Shown here: positions 46,875-57,264 of the stretch, in pieces | Layout: each line of letters begins with the position of its first letter | Position numbering within the stretch: the first letter of the stretch is position 1 | Assembly (NCBI GenBank): GCA_022711395.1 | Contig: JAKLFA010000001.1 | Span: 387,277 to 451,276 of the forward strand | Source: Candidatus Omnitrophota bacterium | GTDB lineage: Bacteria; Omnitrophota; Gorgyraeia; Zapsychrales; JANLHA01 | Length of the DNA: 64,000 bases | Direction: 5' to 3' | Program-made: the position numbers and the translations under genes | Notes under the pieces: model-generated | The model's input: only the letters and a program-made list of their open reading frames with translations | Told to the model about the DNA's origin: nothing | Databases searched by the model: none

Positions 46875-47969
46875 ATGAAAAAACAAGCTGTTCAAAGACT
46901 TTTATCGCTGGCTCCTTACCAGCCTGGAAGGCCGATCGATGAAGTGAAACGCGAATTGGGCCTTCGCAGCGTGATCAAACTGGCCTCCAATGAAAGCCCG
47001 TTCGGGCCTTCTCCCAGGGTTCTAAAGGCGATCGAAAAGGCGGCCCTTGATGTCAATCGGTATCCGGACGGAGGATGTTTCTATCTTCGTCAGGAAGTGA
47101 GCAAACAGTTGTCCGTGAAAGCAGGCCAGCTGGTTTTCGGCAATGGTTCCGATGAGCTGATCATCCTGGCGCTGCGTTCTTTTGTGAACCCCGGCGATGA
47201 GATCCTGGTCTCTGACCCGTCATTTATGGTCTATAGCATCGGAGGGAAGGCCGTGGGCGCCAAGGTCCGAGTTGTTCCCATGAAAGATTTCCATCATGAT
47301 CTTAAGGCTTTGGCGGCAGCAGTGACTGAAAACACGAAGATCATTTTTCTGGATAATCCCGGCAATCCGGCAGGTACTTATATCACGGATCAAGCCCTGC
47401 GGGATTTTTTGACAAAGATCCCATCGAGGGTCGTCGTATTTTTGGATGAGGCCTATTATGAATATGCCTGCTTGCAAAAAGATTATCCGTGCTCCTTGTC
47501 CTGGATCTCGCAGTATCCCAACGTGATCGTGGCCCGGACATTTTCAAAGATCTACGCCCTTGCGGGCCTGCGTGTCGGCTACGCGATCGCCAGCGAGGAG
47601 GTCGCTGATATCCTCAACCGCGTCCGGGAACCGTTCAATGTCAATTCCCTGGCGCAGGCTGCGGCGGTGGCTGCCTTAAAAGATCAGGCGTATTACCGAA
47701 AGCGTGCGAAAGATTTCAAGGAACAGAGGCAGTGGCTCGCGGATGAATGCGTGAAATTAGGCGTGCGGATCATCCCCGGTGTCACGAATTTTGTCCTGAT
47801 CGATCTGCAGGGGGCAGCATCTCCTGTTGCCCAGGAGTTGCTGAAGAAGGGCGTGATCGTCCGGGATATGACGGCCTGGGGCTTGAAGAATTTTATCCGT
47901 GTTACCATTGGGACAGACGCTGAAAACCAGCGTTTCGTGAAAACGTTCAAAACCGTTTTAAAGAAATAA
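46875..47969 (+). CDS. hisC: Histidinol-phosphate/aromatic aminotransferase.
   Basis: Class II aminotransferase with [17 protein letters not shown] (pyridoxal-Lys motif) and …FGNGSDELI…. Confidence 0.85.
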   Translation: MKKQAVQRLLSLAPYQPGRPIDEVKRELGLRSVIKLASNESPFGPSPRVLKAIEKAALDVNRYPDGGCFYLRQEVSKQLSVKAGQLVFGNGSDELIILALRSFVNPGDEILVSDPSFMVYSIGGKAVGAKVRVVPMKDFHHDLKALAAAVTENTKIIFLDNPGNPAGTYITDQALRDFLTKIPSRVVVFLDEAYYEYACLQKDYPCSLSWISQYPNVIVARTFSKIYALAGLRVGYAIASEEVADILNRVREPFNVNSLAQAAAVAALKDQAYYRKRAKDFKEQRQWLADECVKLGVRIIPGVTNFVLIDLQGAASPVAQELLKKGVIVRDMTAWGLKNFIRVTIGTDAENQRFVKTFKTVLKK

Positions 47970-47979
47970 AGGTGAATAT

Positions 47980-48996
47980 ATGATCGTCATTTTAAAACCA
48001 GGAGTCACTGAGGAGCAGATCCAGCATATTGTGACCAAGGCTGAATCATTGGGCCTTAAGGCTCATATTTCACGGGGGGTGCAGCGCAGCATTATCGGAT
48101 TTATCGGTCCGGAAGATGTTTTGCGCGTCACTCCATTGGAAGTCTTTCCGGGGGTTGAAAGTGTTATGGAAGTCCTCTCGCCGTACCGATTTGTTTCGAG
48201 GGAATTTCAAGCTGAGGATTCGGTCATTCAGATCAAGGACGGAGTCGCGATCGGGGGGAAGGCGCTTGCGGTCATGGCCGGCCCCTGTTCGATCGAGAGC
48301 TATGAGTCATTGCTTGAAGTGGCCAAAGAGATCAAGAAGGCGGGGGCCCGGATCTTGCGGGGAGGGGCGTTTAAGCCCAGGACATCGCCTTATGAATTTC
48401 AAGGCCTTGGAGAAGAGGGATTGAGGATCATGAAGAAAGTGGCCGAAGAGACTGGCCTTGCGACGGTGACAGAGCTTATGGACGTGCGCCATGTCGAGCT
48501 TCTGGACCGTTACGTGGATATGTTCCAGATCGGGGCCAGGAACATGCAGAATTTCACCCTTTTGCGTGAGGTGGGAAAGACCAAAAAGCCGGTCCTTTTA
48601 AAAAGGGGGATGAGCGCCACGATGAAGGAATGGCTCATGTCGGCGGAATATATTTTTTCTGAAGGAAATCCTAACGTTGTTTTTTGTGAACGCGGGATCC
48701 GGACCTTTGAGACCGAGACACGGAACACATTTGATATCAACGCAATTCCTGTGATCAAATCCAAGACCCACCTTCCGATCATTGCTGATCCCAGCCATGG
48801 GACGGGACGCTGGGGCCTGGTTGGAAGCATTGCCAGGGCCGCGGTCGCCGCAGGGGCTGACGGGTTGATGATCGAGGTCCATGCCAATCCGGAAGAGGCG
48901 CGTTCAGATGGGGCCCAGTCGCTGCTGCCGAAGAATTTTTCGCAGCTTATGAAAGACCTTCGCGCGGTCGCAGAGGCTGTCGGCAGGACGCTTTAG
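47980..48996 (+). CDS. aroF: 3-deoxy-7-phosphoheptulonate (DAHP) synthase, type I-beta, with an N-terminal regulatory domain.
   Basis: …[13 protein letters not shown]…[23 protein letters not shown]…ELMD…ADPSHGTGR…. AroA(I-beta)/KDO8PS-family motifs. Confidence 0.85.
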   Translation: MIVILKPGVTEEQIQHIVTKAESLGLKAHISRGVQRSIIGFIGPEDVLRVTPLEVFPGVESVMEVLSPYRFVSREFQAEDSVIQIKDGVAIGGKALAVMAGPCSIESYESLLEVAKEIKKAGARILRGGAFKPRTSPYEFQGLGEEGLRIMKKVAEETGLATVTELMDVRHVELLDRYVDMFQIGARNMQNFTLLREVGKTKKPVLLKRGMSATMKEWLMSAEYIFSEGNPNVVFCERGIRTFETETRNTFDINAIPVIKSKTHLPIIADPSHGTGRWGLVGSIARAAVAAGADGLMIEVHANPEEARSDGAQSLLPKNFSQLMKDLRAVAEAVGRTL

Positions 48997-49031
48997 ACTC
49001 GGGCTAAACATTTTAAACGCAGGCGCAAACG

Positions 49032-49910
49032 TTGGAGGGGATTTTTATGATGGGGTTAGTCGGCAATTCATTGTTATTCCGGAAGGTCGCGATCATCGGT
49101 GTGGGACTGGTCGGGGGGTCTCTTGGCAAGGCCTTGAAGAAGCAGGGTTTGGCGAAGGAAATCGTTGGCTCTTCCCGGCGGAAGGAAGCCCTGGCCCACG
49201 CGGTCAAGGATATGGCGATCGACCATGGGACCCACGATGTTAAGAAAGCGGTCATTAACGCTGATCTGGTGGTCTTAGCGACGCCGGTTAGCGTTGTTCC
49301 GGCCATGCTGTCTGCCATAGCGCCGAATTTAAAAAAGAGCTGTATCATCACGGATGTGGGGAGCACAAAGGTCTCGATTGTCGCCGCGGCTCATCAGGCG
49401 CTGCAAAATCCTTCGATGTTCGTGGGGTCGCATCCTCTGGCCGGTTCAGAAAAGAAAGGCGTAGAATTCTCAACTGAGACTTTGTTTCAGGATTCGACAT
49501 GCATCATGACGCCCTTGGATGAAACGAACCGTTCAGCCGTGGATCGTGTCAAAAAGATGTGGACCGCTGTCGGATCCCAGGTCAAGATCCTCACTCCAGA
49601 AGAACATGATAAAGCGCTTGCCTATGTGAGCCATTTACCGCATGTGCTGGCGTATGCATTAATGGGAGTCATCAATCCTGAAATTTTGCAGTATGGGGCC
49701 GGCGGGTTGAGGGATACGGCACGCATTGCCTCGTCGACTCCGCAGGTATGGGCTGATATTTGTTCTGCCAACGCCAAGAATATTATCGGTGCCATTGATG
49801 ACCTTGCCGGGGTTCTGTCCACGATTCGTAAGGCGATCAGTGAAACGGATGAAAAGACCCTGCTGGAATGTTTTAGGGTTGGAAAAGAGCGCAGGGACCA
49901 GTTGAAATAA
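49032..49910 (+). CDS. tyrA: Prephenate/arogenate dehydrogenase.
   Basis: Rossmann motif IIGVGLVGGSLGKAL and …GSHPLAGSEK… (TyrA catalytic His region). The start could be 49047. Confidence 0.85.
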   Translation: MEGIFMMGLVGNSLLFRKVAIIGVGLVGGSLGKALKKQGLAKEIVGSSRRKEALAHAVKDMAIDHGTHDVKKAVINADLVVLATPVSVVPAMLSAIAPNLKKSCIITDVGSTKVSIVAAAHQALQNPSMFVGSHPLAGSEKKGVEFSTETLFQDSTCIMTPLDETNRSAVDRVKKMWTAVGSQVKILTPEEHDKALAYVSHLPHVLAYALMGVINPEILQYGAGGLRDTARIASSTPQVWADICSANAKNIIGAIDDLAGVLSTIRKAISETDEKTLLECFRVGKERRDQLK

Positions 49911-49919
49911 AGGAACGCT

Positions 49920-50594
49920 ATGGGAGCTTCTGTTGTCGCGATTGATGGCCCTGCCGGGGCAGGCAAGAGCACAGTGGCCAAACGGCTGGCTGTGCGTTTA
50001 AATTTTTCGTATTTGGATACCGGGGCGATGTACCGTTCGGTCACGCTGAAAGCGATGCGGCAGGGAGTTCCTTTGGATAATGAGGACGCGTTGGCGCATA
50101 TGGCCAAAAACACGCGGCTTGATCTTCGGGGCAATCCGCAGAGCGGGTTAAAGGTTTTTCTGGATGGAGAGGATGTTTCAGACGAGATCCGAACCCCTGA
50201 GGTGACCAATCAGACGTTTTATATCGCCCGCGCCCCGAAAGTGCGAGCTGTTATGGTCGAGTTGCAGCGTGCGATCGGGTCCGGGACGGATGTGGTGATC
50301 GAAGGCAGGGATATCGGAACGGTTGTTTTTCCTGAGGCCCGTTTTAAGTTCTATCTGGACGCCAGTGTGGAGGAACGAGCCGAGAGGCGTTTTAAGGAGT
50401 TCCGGGAAAAAGGAAAAGAGATCGCGTTGGCGCAGGTCATCGAAGATGTCCGTAAACGGGATGAAACAGATTTCAACCGTTCGGTCGGTCCTCTTCGAAA
50501 GGCGGAAGACGCGGTCGTGATCGATTCAACACGAATGTCCATTGACGAGGTCGTTGAAGCGATGGCCCGTCATGTTGAGAAGCAAAAAAACTAA
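49920..50594 (+). CDS. cmk: Cytidylate kinase.
   Basis: VVAIDGPAGAGKSTVAKRLAVRLNFSYLDTGAMYR, a canonical Cmk N-terminus. Confidence 0.95.
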   Translation: MGASVVAIDGPAGAGKSTVAKRLAVRLNFSYLDTGAMYRSVTLKAMRQGVPLDNEDALAHMAKNTRLDLRGNPQSGLKVFLDGEDVSDEIRTPEVTNQTFYIARAPKVRAVMVELQRAIGSGTDVVIEGRDIGTVVFPEARFKFYLDASVEERAERRFKEFREKGKEIALAQVIEDVRKRDETDFNRSVGPLRKAEDAVVIDSTRMSIDEVVEAMARHVEKQKN

Positions 50595-50633
50595 CCTTTT
50601 GGCGCGAGCGTCAAACAATGGATGTAAGGTGTT

Positions 50634-52424
50634 ATGGACAAATCGCATATTCGAAATTTTTCAATTATCGCCCACATCGACCATGGCAAGTCCACGCTTG
50701 CTGATCGCCTTTTGCTGCATACCGGCGCTATTGATGAGCGCAAATTTCACAATCAACTGTTAGATGATATGGACTTGGAACGTGAACGCGGGATCACGAT
50801 CAAAGCCTCAGCGGTCCGTATCGAATACCACGCCAAAAATGGCGAGGACTATATTTTCAACCTGATCGACACCCCCGGGCATGTGGACTTCTCCTATGAG
50901 GTTGAAAAGTCGCTGCGCGCCTGTGAAGGGGCTCTTCTGGTTGTTGATGCGTCCCAGGGCGTGGAATCCCAGACGGTCGCCAATTATTATCTTGCATTGG
51001 ACAATCAGCTTAAGATCGTTCCGGTCATTAACAAGATCGATATCGTCAATATTGATCTGGACCATGTCAAATTGGAACTGATGGAGATCTTTAACGTTGA
51101 CGAAGGCAAGATCGCTCTCGTTTCGGCCAAAGAGGGGATGGGGATCCCGGAACTTTTTGAATATATTGTCAGGGAAGTTCCCCCTCCGACGGGATCTGAT
51201 GACGGGCCTCTGAAGGCGCTGATCTTCGACATGGAATACGATATTTATAAAGGCGTGATCATTTATGTCCGTTTGATGGAGGGCGAGATCAAGCCGGGCA
51301 TGCGCATCCGCATGATGAATATGGGACAGGAGTTCGGCGTTGAAGAAGTGGGGGTCTTTGTCCCGCAGGCCCAGCAGATGAAAAAGTTGACCGCGGGTGA
51401 AGTCGGCTATATTACGTGCAACGTCCATGAACCGCGCCTGGTGCGTGTGGGGGATACGATCACGGCTAAAGATAGGCCGACGGATCAGGCCTTGCCGGGA
51501 TACCGCCAGTTGAATCCGCTGGTCTTTTGCGGGGTGTATCCGGTCAGCCCAAAGGATTTCATGGCCCTGCGTGAGGGGATAGAAAAATTGCGTTTGAACG
51601 ATCCGAGTTTTGTCTACGAACCGGAAACGTCGCAGTCGTTCGGCAACGGTTTTCGCTGTGGATTTTTGGGCCTTCTGCATATGGAGATCGTTCAGGAACG
51701 GCTGCAACGCGAATATGACCTGAATTTGATCCTGACCACTCCGAACGTCAAGTACCGTTTGGTGAAAAAGAACGGCGAGTTTCTTGATATAGAGAATCCT
51801 TGTGATCTGCCGGACGCAGGAATGATCGAACGCGTGGAAGAACCCCTCTTGGAGGTCTCGATCATGTGCCCCGTCGAGCACATGGATAAAGTGATGGAAC
51901 TTTCCAAGACAAAACGCGGAGTGTACCAGCGCAGCGAGTATGTTTCGGACCGGATGCGGATCATTTTTGATATTCCGCTGTCTGAGGTTATTGTGGATTA
52001 TAACGACATGATCAAATCGGTGACCCGCGGGTACGGTTCGATCGATTATAAGTTTAAAGGGTTCCAGCCGGCCAATGTGACGCGCCTCGAGATCATGATC
52101 AACGGGAAGCCCTGCGACGCGTTCTCGTTTTTGGTCAGCAAAGACCGTGCCTATGAGAAGGGACTGGCTTTGGTCACAAAGCTCAAAGACATGATCCCGC
52201 AGCAGTTATATGAAGTGCGCGTTCAGGCCGCGGCCGACGGGCGTATTATTTCCAGCGCGAAGATCAAAGCGACCGGAAAGAACGTGACGGCGAAGTGTTA
52301 CGGGGGCGACATCACCCGTAAGCGGAAGTTATGGGAAAAACAGAAAGAAGGTAAAAAACGCCTGAAGCAGGTCGGGAATGTGGAGATCCCTCAAGAGGCG
52401 TTTTTGGCTGCGTTAAAGATTTAA
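50634..52424 (+). CDS. lepA: Elongation factor 4.
   Basis: IRNFSIIAHIDHGKSTLADRLL…DTPGHVDFSYEV…NKID. A LepA-specific C-terminal domain is present. Confidence 0.95.
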   Translation: MDKSHIRNFSIIAHIDHGKSTLADRLLLHTGAIDERKFHNQLLDDMDLERERGITIKASAVRIEYHAKNGEDYIFNLIDTPGHVDFSYEVEKSLRACEGALLVVDASQGVESQTVANYYLALDNQLKIVPVINKIDIVNIDLDHVKLELMEIFNVDEGKIALVSAKEGMGIPELFEYIVREVPPPTGSDDGPLKALIFDMEYDIYKGVIIYVRLMEGEIKPGMRIRMMNMGQEFGVEEVGVFVPQAQQMKKLTAGEVGYITCNVHEPRLVRVGDTITAKDRPTDQALPGYRQLNPLVFCGVYPVSPKDFMALREGIEKLRLNDPSFVYEPETSQSFGNGFRCGFLGLLHMEIVQERLQREYDLNLILTTPNVKYRLVKKNGEFLDIENPCDLPDAGMIERVEEPLLEVSIMCPVEHMDKVMELSKTKRGVYQRSEYVSDRMRIIFDIPLSEVIVDYNDMIKSVTRGYGSIDYKFKGFQPANVTRLEIMINGKPCDAFSFLVSKDRAYEKGLALVTKLKDMIPQQLYEVRVQAAADGRIISSAKIKATGKNVTAKCYGGDITRKRKLWEKQKEGKKRLKQVGNVEIPQEAFLAALKI

Positions 52425-52447
52425 TTTGAATTGAGAAAGGAACAACC

Positions 52448-53017
52448 ATGGCCGCTAAATCAGCAGCGCGGGAGTGGACGGAGTCGATCATCATCGCTTT
52501 TATTCTGGCGATGTTCATCAGGACATTTTTTATTCAAGCATTCAGGATCCCCAGCGGCTCTATGCTTCCGACGCTTCAGATCGAGGACCGGCTGATGGTC
52601 AACAAGCTCTTGGTTGGTCCAAAGTTCCCATTTACGCGTTACCGCCTGCCGGGCTACGGCAAGTTGAAGCGGGGAGACGTGATCGTTTTTGTTTATCCTG
52701 AAAACCCCAAGAAAGATTTCATCAAGAGGCTGATCGCTTTTGGCGGGGAGACCATTGAGATCAAGTTCGGCGATGTTTATATTAATGGGGAATTGATAAC
52801 GGATCCGAGGATACGGAACATTTATTATTACAATTATGGCCCGAACGCTTTGCCCGGCGAATCGATTAAAGTGCCGGAGGGGTCTCTTTTTGTGCTGGGG
52901 GATAACAGCGCGTCCAGTCACGACAGCCGTTACTGGGGATTTGTTCCGGAAGACAACGTGATCGGAAAAGCAGAGCTTATTTATTGGCCGGTGAACCGGA
53001 TGAGGTTCATTCAATAG
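52448..53017 (+). CDS. lepB: Signal peptidase I.
   Basis: …RIPSGSMLPTL… (catalytic Ser box), …KRLIAFGGETIEIK… (Lys box), …VLGDNSASSHDSRYWGFV…. Confidence 0.95.
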   Translation: MAAKSAAREWTESIIIAFILAMFIRTFFIQAFRIPSGSMLPTLQIEDRLMVNKLLVGPKFPFTRYRLPGYGKLKRGDVIVFVYPENPKKDFIKRLIAFGGETIEIKFGDVYINGELITDPRIRNIYYYNYGPNALPGESIKVPEGSLFVLGDNSASSHDSRYWGFVPEDNVIGKAELIYWPVNRMRFIQ

Positions 53018-53036
53018 TCGAGCGAAGGACAAGACC

Positions 53037-53657
53037 ATGGTCGCATTTTTATTGGGTGCAGCGTTGAGCTATTTTATCGGGTCCATCCCCACGGCGTATG
53101 TTTACGGGAAATGGACCCGGGGCATCGACATTCGGGGCCATGGTTCGGGCAATATCGGCGCGACCAACACGTTCCGTGTTCTGGGAAAAGGGCCGGGGAT
53201 CTTTGTTTTGATCTGCGATATTTTAAAAGGGATCGTGGCGGTCGTTGGGGTGGCAATGATCTTGAACATTTCCGGGGCTTTTGCGCGGGCAGGACTTGGC
53301 CTGGCGGCTGTGGCAGGGCATAATTGGACGATCTTTCTGAATTTCAAAGGCGGGAAGGGAATCGCCACAAGCCTCGGCGTCTTGATCGGGCTTGCCATAT
53401 CCTTTCCGGCTTTATGGCCGGCGTTAGGGTTAACGTTATTTTTATGGGGCGTGGTGTTTTTTATGAGCGGTTATGTTTCGCTGGCATCCATGGTCGCTGC
53501 TGTGGGGCTTCCTGTTTTTGTTCTGGCCTTTCATTTGTCGTCCGAACTGATGGTCCTGAGCGCGATCCTCTGTATTCTTGTCATCATCAGGCATAAATCC
53601 AACATTACTCGCCTTTTGTGCGGAACGGAAAACAGGGTCCGGTTCGGGAAGAAGTAA
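53037..53657 (+). CDS. plsY: Glycerol-3-phosphate acyltransferase PlsY.
   Basis: …GSIPTAYVYGKW…DIRGHGSGNIGATNTFRVLGK…. Membrane protein. Confidence 0.9.
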   Translation: MVAFLLGAALSYFIGSIPTAYVYGKWTRGIDIRGHGSGNIGATNTFRVLGKGPGIFVLICDILKGIVAVVGVAMILNISGAFARAGLGLAAVAGHNWTIFLNFKGGKGIATSLGVLIGLAISFPALWPALGLTLFLWGVVFFMSGYVSLASMVAAVGLPVFVLAFHLSSELMVLSAILCILVIIRHKSNITRLLCGTENRVRFGKK

Positions 53658-53696
53658 TTTTTGAGCACGCCAAAGGTTTTTTGCATTCGTCTTTTT

Positions 53697-53779
53697 TGCA
53701 ACTTGTTTTTTTACAACATGTTGTGCCAATTCAAAAAAACAACACTTGTTTGTTTATCATCATAAATAAATGTTATAAT
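53697..53779 (+). promoter_or_regulatory. Candidate regulatory region upstream of the glycoside hydrolase gene: three CAAC-N2–4-TGTT motifs, one a perfect 10-bp palindrome CAACATGTTG, plus an extended -10 TGTTATAAT.
   Basis: TGCAACTTGTT (53697–53708), ACAACATGTTGT (53713–53724) and AACAACACTTGTTTGTT (53739–53755). TGnTATAAT at 53771–53779, about 28 nt upstream of the ATG. Confidence 0.35.
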
Positions 53780-53807
53780 TATTTATAAATTTTTTTCAGG
53801 GGGCCAC

Positions 53808-56435
53808 ATGAAGTCGGTTTTTTTAGCCATTCTTTTTTTCTGCCTGATCCTGGCAATTCCTGCCTTTGCGGAACCATGGGTTACCGTTGAGCCTTCTCAA
53901 GAGACCGGCGCTCTGGAGATCCAAGTCGACTTCGATGGAAATGGTGTCTATGATCCGTATTTTATCCGTGGGGTCGGTTACAGCCCAGTCCCGATCGGCC
54001 GCAGCGGATATCAGTGGGGGACGACCAACATTTTCAATGATGAACGGATTTTGAGGCGTGATTTCCAGCTGTTAAAGGACATGCATGCCAACACCATAAG
54101 GATCTGGAAGGCAGATAACACGAATAACGCCCAGAATGAATTCCCGAACTTTATCACGGCCAGGACCCTGGACTTGGCTGAGGAATATGGCTTGAAGGTG
54201 GTTCCTGGATTTTGGCTCGAGTTCAACGGCTACTGGCAGTGCGGGCTCAATGGGAGGGAATTTGTTTGGGATGGGTCATTTTTTGACCTGACCAACAAAA
54301 ATATTTGGCCTCACATCAGGACAAACATCCTGGCACGCTGGGAGCTTTTCCTGCGGGAGTTCAAGGACCATCCCGCGATCCTTTTTTGGGTCATCGGAAA
54401 CGAGAATAATTATCATTTGGGTAAAGACGCGATCTTGGCAGAGAGATTTTATTCTTTGGTCAATGAGATGGCTCAGATGGCGCATGCGATCGACCCTAAT
54501 CATCTGGTCGCATTCGTTAACGGAGATATCTTTGTCCCGGTCGATATCGTTGACCAGGAAACGGGTCAAACGGTTGAGGTCAATTATTTTTCCCATTTAA
54601 TGAATGATGTTGCTTCGAATGTGGATATTCTGGGGCTTAATGTTTATAGAGGGGAAACCTTCGGCAGTTTGTTCCAGGACATTCGCGCAATGGGCATTGA
54701 TAAACCGGTGTGGATCTCTGAATACGGGATCGATGCTTGGTATGGGGACCGCTATGATGATGAAGGCGGATATGAAGATCAGCAAACCCAGGCTGTCTGG
54801 GCTGGACAGCTTTGGGATGAGATCGTGGAGGCGCGCGCTCTTGGAGCTGTTGGAGGGACCGTGATGTCCTATGTGGATGAGTGGTGGAAGCCGTATGCTT
54901 GGCTTTGTGAGAATGCCGGATGGAGGCAGTGGTGGCAACCGTATTGGCTTTTGATGAGCGGCAGCAATTGCGGGGTCTTTAATAACACACATGACCTGTA
55001 TGGTTACGGACCGACCGATGATAATTGCGACGGGACTATTGATGAACAGAATGACTGGTTCCCGCCAACGCAGGATCATTTTTTTAATGAAGAGTGGTGG
55101 GGCCTGATGGGCGCCCGGCGGAACCTGTCCACTGGAGAGCCGGATGTGATGACTCCCCGATACGCTTATACGCTGCTTCAGCAAAAATTTGAAGAGCTTG
55201 TGGCCGGCAATCATTTTCCTGTTTTTGATGAGATCGAAGATCGCGTGATCGCTGTTGAGCGGCCGTTGGTCCTGGAATTGAGGGCGCAAGATCCCGACGG
55301 GGATGACGTTTTGATCTCGGCCCGGTTGGCAAACGGTGAAGCGCTTTCCACTATTGGCGCGCAGATCTCGGACCGGGGAAACGGGACAGCGGAGTTTTCC
55401 TGGACGCCTGCCCCGGGTCTTTTGGGCCAGGTTGTGGGGATTGTTTTTTCTGCGACGGATACGCACGGCGGGTTAACCGAGATGCCGGTGATCTTTTCTG
55501 TGACCCTTGTTCCTCCGAACGTGACCGCGGTCAGTCCCGGCACGGCGGTCTACGGGGACCTGATCGCTCTTCAGGGGGGCGGGTTCGGTTCTTATCAGGC
55601 GGATGCCAAATATAACCCCGCGGCGGATTTCAACCATGATAAAGTTGTGGATTCTCTGGATCTTTCGATCCTTTCTGCGTCGTATGGAAAAAGGTCGGGG
55701 CAGGCGGGATTCAACCGGAGCGCGGACCTGAATTTTGACGATAAAGTCGATTCGGCGGATTTCTTTATGTTCGCCGATAGTTATGCTCGTCGGGGAAAAG
55801 ATGATTTTGTTGTGCTTCGTCCGGGGGTTTTCGCCCGCGTGATCAGCTGGCGGGAAAACGAGATCCGGTTTGAGGTCCCTCATGGGGCGGACTCCGGAGA
55901 AATTATTGTTCGAACAGAGGCGGGGGAAAGCCTTCCCGGAATGACGTTGCAGCTTTTGACGCAGCAGCCGGCCATGACGATCACTTCCATCTCGCCTTCA
56001 GCGGGGGGATCCAGGACGATCGTAAGTCTGTCTGGAGAGTTTTTGATGGAAGGGAGTGTCAACGTTATTTATCAGTCAGGTTATGATTTTGACCTGGATG
56101 GCGATGTCGATACATATGACTTTCAGAGTTTTTTGACCCATTATAATACAAGGCAGTCCGCGGGGAATGGATATATTGCCAAGGCGGATTATGATGGGGA
56201 TGCGGATATCGATGTGCAGGATTTCTTTTTGTTCGCTGCGGGCTACGGCTCTAAAAGAGGGGATCGTTATGTCTCCTTTGGGTCTCTTTTTCCGCGGGTC
56301 GTCAGCTGGAGCGCCACGTCTGTTGTTTTTGAGATCCCTCATGACGCCAAGGCGGCCATAGGGTCCGGGCAGGTTTCAGTGACAGCAAAATCCGGACAAA
56401 AACAATCAAATTCTGTCAATTTTTACCTTAATTAA
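53808..56435 (+). CDS. Secreted clan GH-A (TIM-barrel) glycoside hydrolase with Ig-like domains and two dockerin-like Ca-binding modules.
   Basis: Signal peptide. …VIGNENNY… (acid/base NE) and …WISEYGIDAW… (nucleophile E). Dockerin-type paired repeats DFNHDKVVDSLDLSILSASYG / DLNFDDKVDSADFFMFADSY and DFDLDGDVDTYDFQSFLTHY / DYDGDADIDVQDFFLFAAGY. Confidence 0.7.
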   Translation: MKSVFLAILFFCLILAIPAFAEPWVTVEPSQETGALEIQVDFDGNGVYDPYFIRGVGYSPVPIGRSGYQWGTTNIFNDERILRRDFQLLKDMHANTIRIWKADNTNNAQNEFPNFITARTLDLAEEYGLKVVPGFWLEFNGYWQCGLNGREFVWDGSFFDLTNKNIWPHIRTNILARWELFLREFKDHPAILFWVIGNENNYHLGKDAILAERFYSLVNEMAQMAHAIDPNHLVAFVNGDIFVPVDIVDQETGQTVEVNYFSHLMNDVASNVDILGLNVYRGETFGSLFQDIRAMGIDKPVWISEYGIDAWYGDRYDDEGGYEDQQTQAVWAGQLWDEIVEARALGAVGGTVMSYVDEWWKPYAWLCENAGWRQWWQPYWLLMSGSNCGVFNNTHDLYGYGPTDDNCDGTIDEQNDWFPPTQDHFFNEEWWGLMGARRNLSTGEPDVMTPRYAYTLLQQKFEELVAGNHFPVFDEIEDRVIAVERPLVLELRAQDPDGDDVLISARLANGEALSTIGAQISDRGNGTAEFSWTPAPGLLGQVVGIVFSATDTHGGLTEMPVIFSVTLVPPNVTAVSPGTAVYGDLIALQGGGFGSYQADAKYNPAADFNHDKVVDSLDLSILSASYGKRSGQAGFNRSADLNFDDKVDSADFFMFADSYARRGKDDFVVLRPGVFARVISWRENEIRFEVPHGADSGEIIVRTEAGESLPGMTLQLLTQQPAMTITSISPSAGGSRTIVSLSGEFLMEGSVNVIYQSGYDFDLDGDVDTYDFQSFLTHYNTRQSAGNGYIAKADYDGDADIDVQDFFLFAAGYGSKRGDRYVSFGSLFPRVVSWSATSVVFEIPHDAKAAIGSGQVSVTAKSGQKQSNSVNFYLN

Positions 56436-56689
56436 CCCCTTTTTCTTTTTTTCAGGATGATTTTTAATTTTCGCCTTCCAGTCCGTCCGTTTTCAATGAC
56501 ATGGCATAAATAAAAAATTTGTTTTTGGTTTAGAAAACCGCGCGGACCAGATTTTTTATTTTTTCCCGACGACAAATTTGATTTCTGGTGTTTTTGGAAA
56601 ACGCTTTCCTGAAAACGCCTTATCCGTCTTGTTCCCCCGATCGCAGGTGTTATACTTTGACTAACATTGAAAGGGACAGGGGGATAGGG

Positions 56690-57049
56690 ATGAAGCATGT
56701 CATTTTCAGAAACCGGACTTCGCAAGAACATCATCGAAAAATGGTCTCAATTGATGAGTTCTCTCAAGATAAAGATGCAAAGACCCATGTGCGTAAGAGC
56801 TTTCTTTATCAGGTTAGCGTTGTGGAAGACGGGAGTTTGGAGGAGCGGGCTCCGGAGATCCATATCCAGAAACGGATCGACACGAAACGGCAGTTTGAGG
56901 AATTCTGTTTTCGCACGAATGGAAGTTTTTGCATGAGCAATGGGGACCAGGTGGTTCGGGTTGAGTTCAGCCATGCACTGAAAATCCAGATGCATTGGAA
57001 ACATAAAGTTTTTCTCCCCCAAAAAGTCAGTTACTCTGACTTAGGCTAA
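56690..57049 (+). CDS. Hypothetical protein (119 aa).
   Basis: ATG at 56690 after AGGGGGATAGGG. An upstream TGTTATACT extended -10 lies at 56648–56656. I recognise no family. Confidence 0.4.
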   Translation: MKHVIFRNRTSQEHHRKMVSIDEFSQDKDAKTHVRKSFLYQVSVVEDGSLEERAPEIHIQKRIDTKRQFEEFCFRTNGSFCMSNGDQVVRVEFSHALKIQMHWKHKVFLPQKVSYSDLG

Positions 57050-57073
57050 GTGAGTGACATCACCAGCCACACC

Positions 57074-57111
57074 TGACGGAAGCGGTTCGCCGCTTCCGTC
57101 AGTTTTTTTTG
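57074..57111 (+). terminator. Rho-independent terminator with a UUCG tetraloop.
   Basis: 13-bp perfect stem CTGACGGAAGCGG/CCGCTTCCGTCAG, TTCG loop, then TTTTTTTT. Confidence 0.85.
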
Positions 57112-57264
57112 TGATCCATCCTTCGAAGGCCATTTCAAAATAATTCTAAAAGATGCTATACGAACTTGGTCTTTATGTTAGAATAAATCCTCGTAGAGTT
57201 CCGAAAAAATTGTCTTTTAAATCCATAACAAATCCATAAAAATTTGAAACACAAGGAGGGGTCG

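Noticed and set aside
50808-51881. 357-aa minus-strand ORF inside lepA
   Set aside because: It is antisense to the highly conserved EF4 gene and has no start context.
54597-55883. Minus-strand ORFs (289 and 136 aa) within the glycoside hydrolase gene
   Set aside because: They are antisense to a gene with a signal peptide, catalytic motifs and dockerin repeats.
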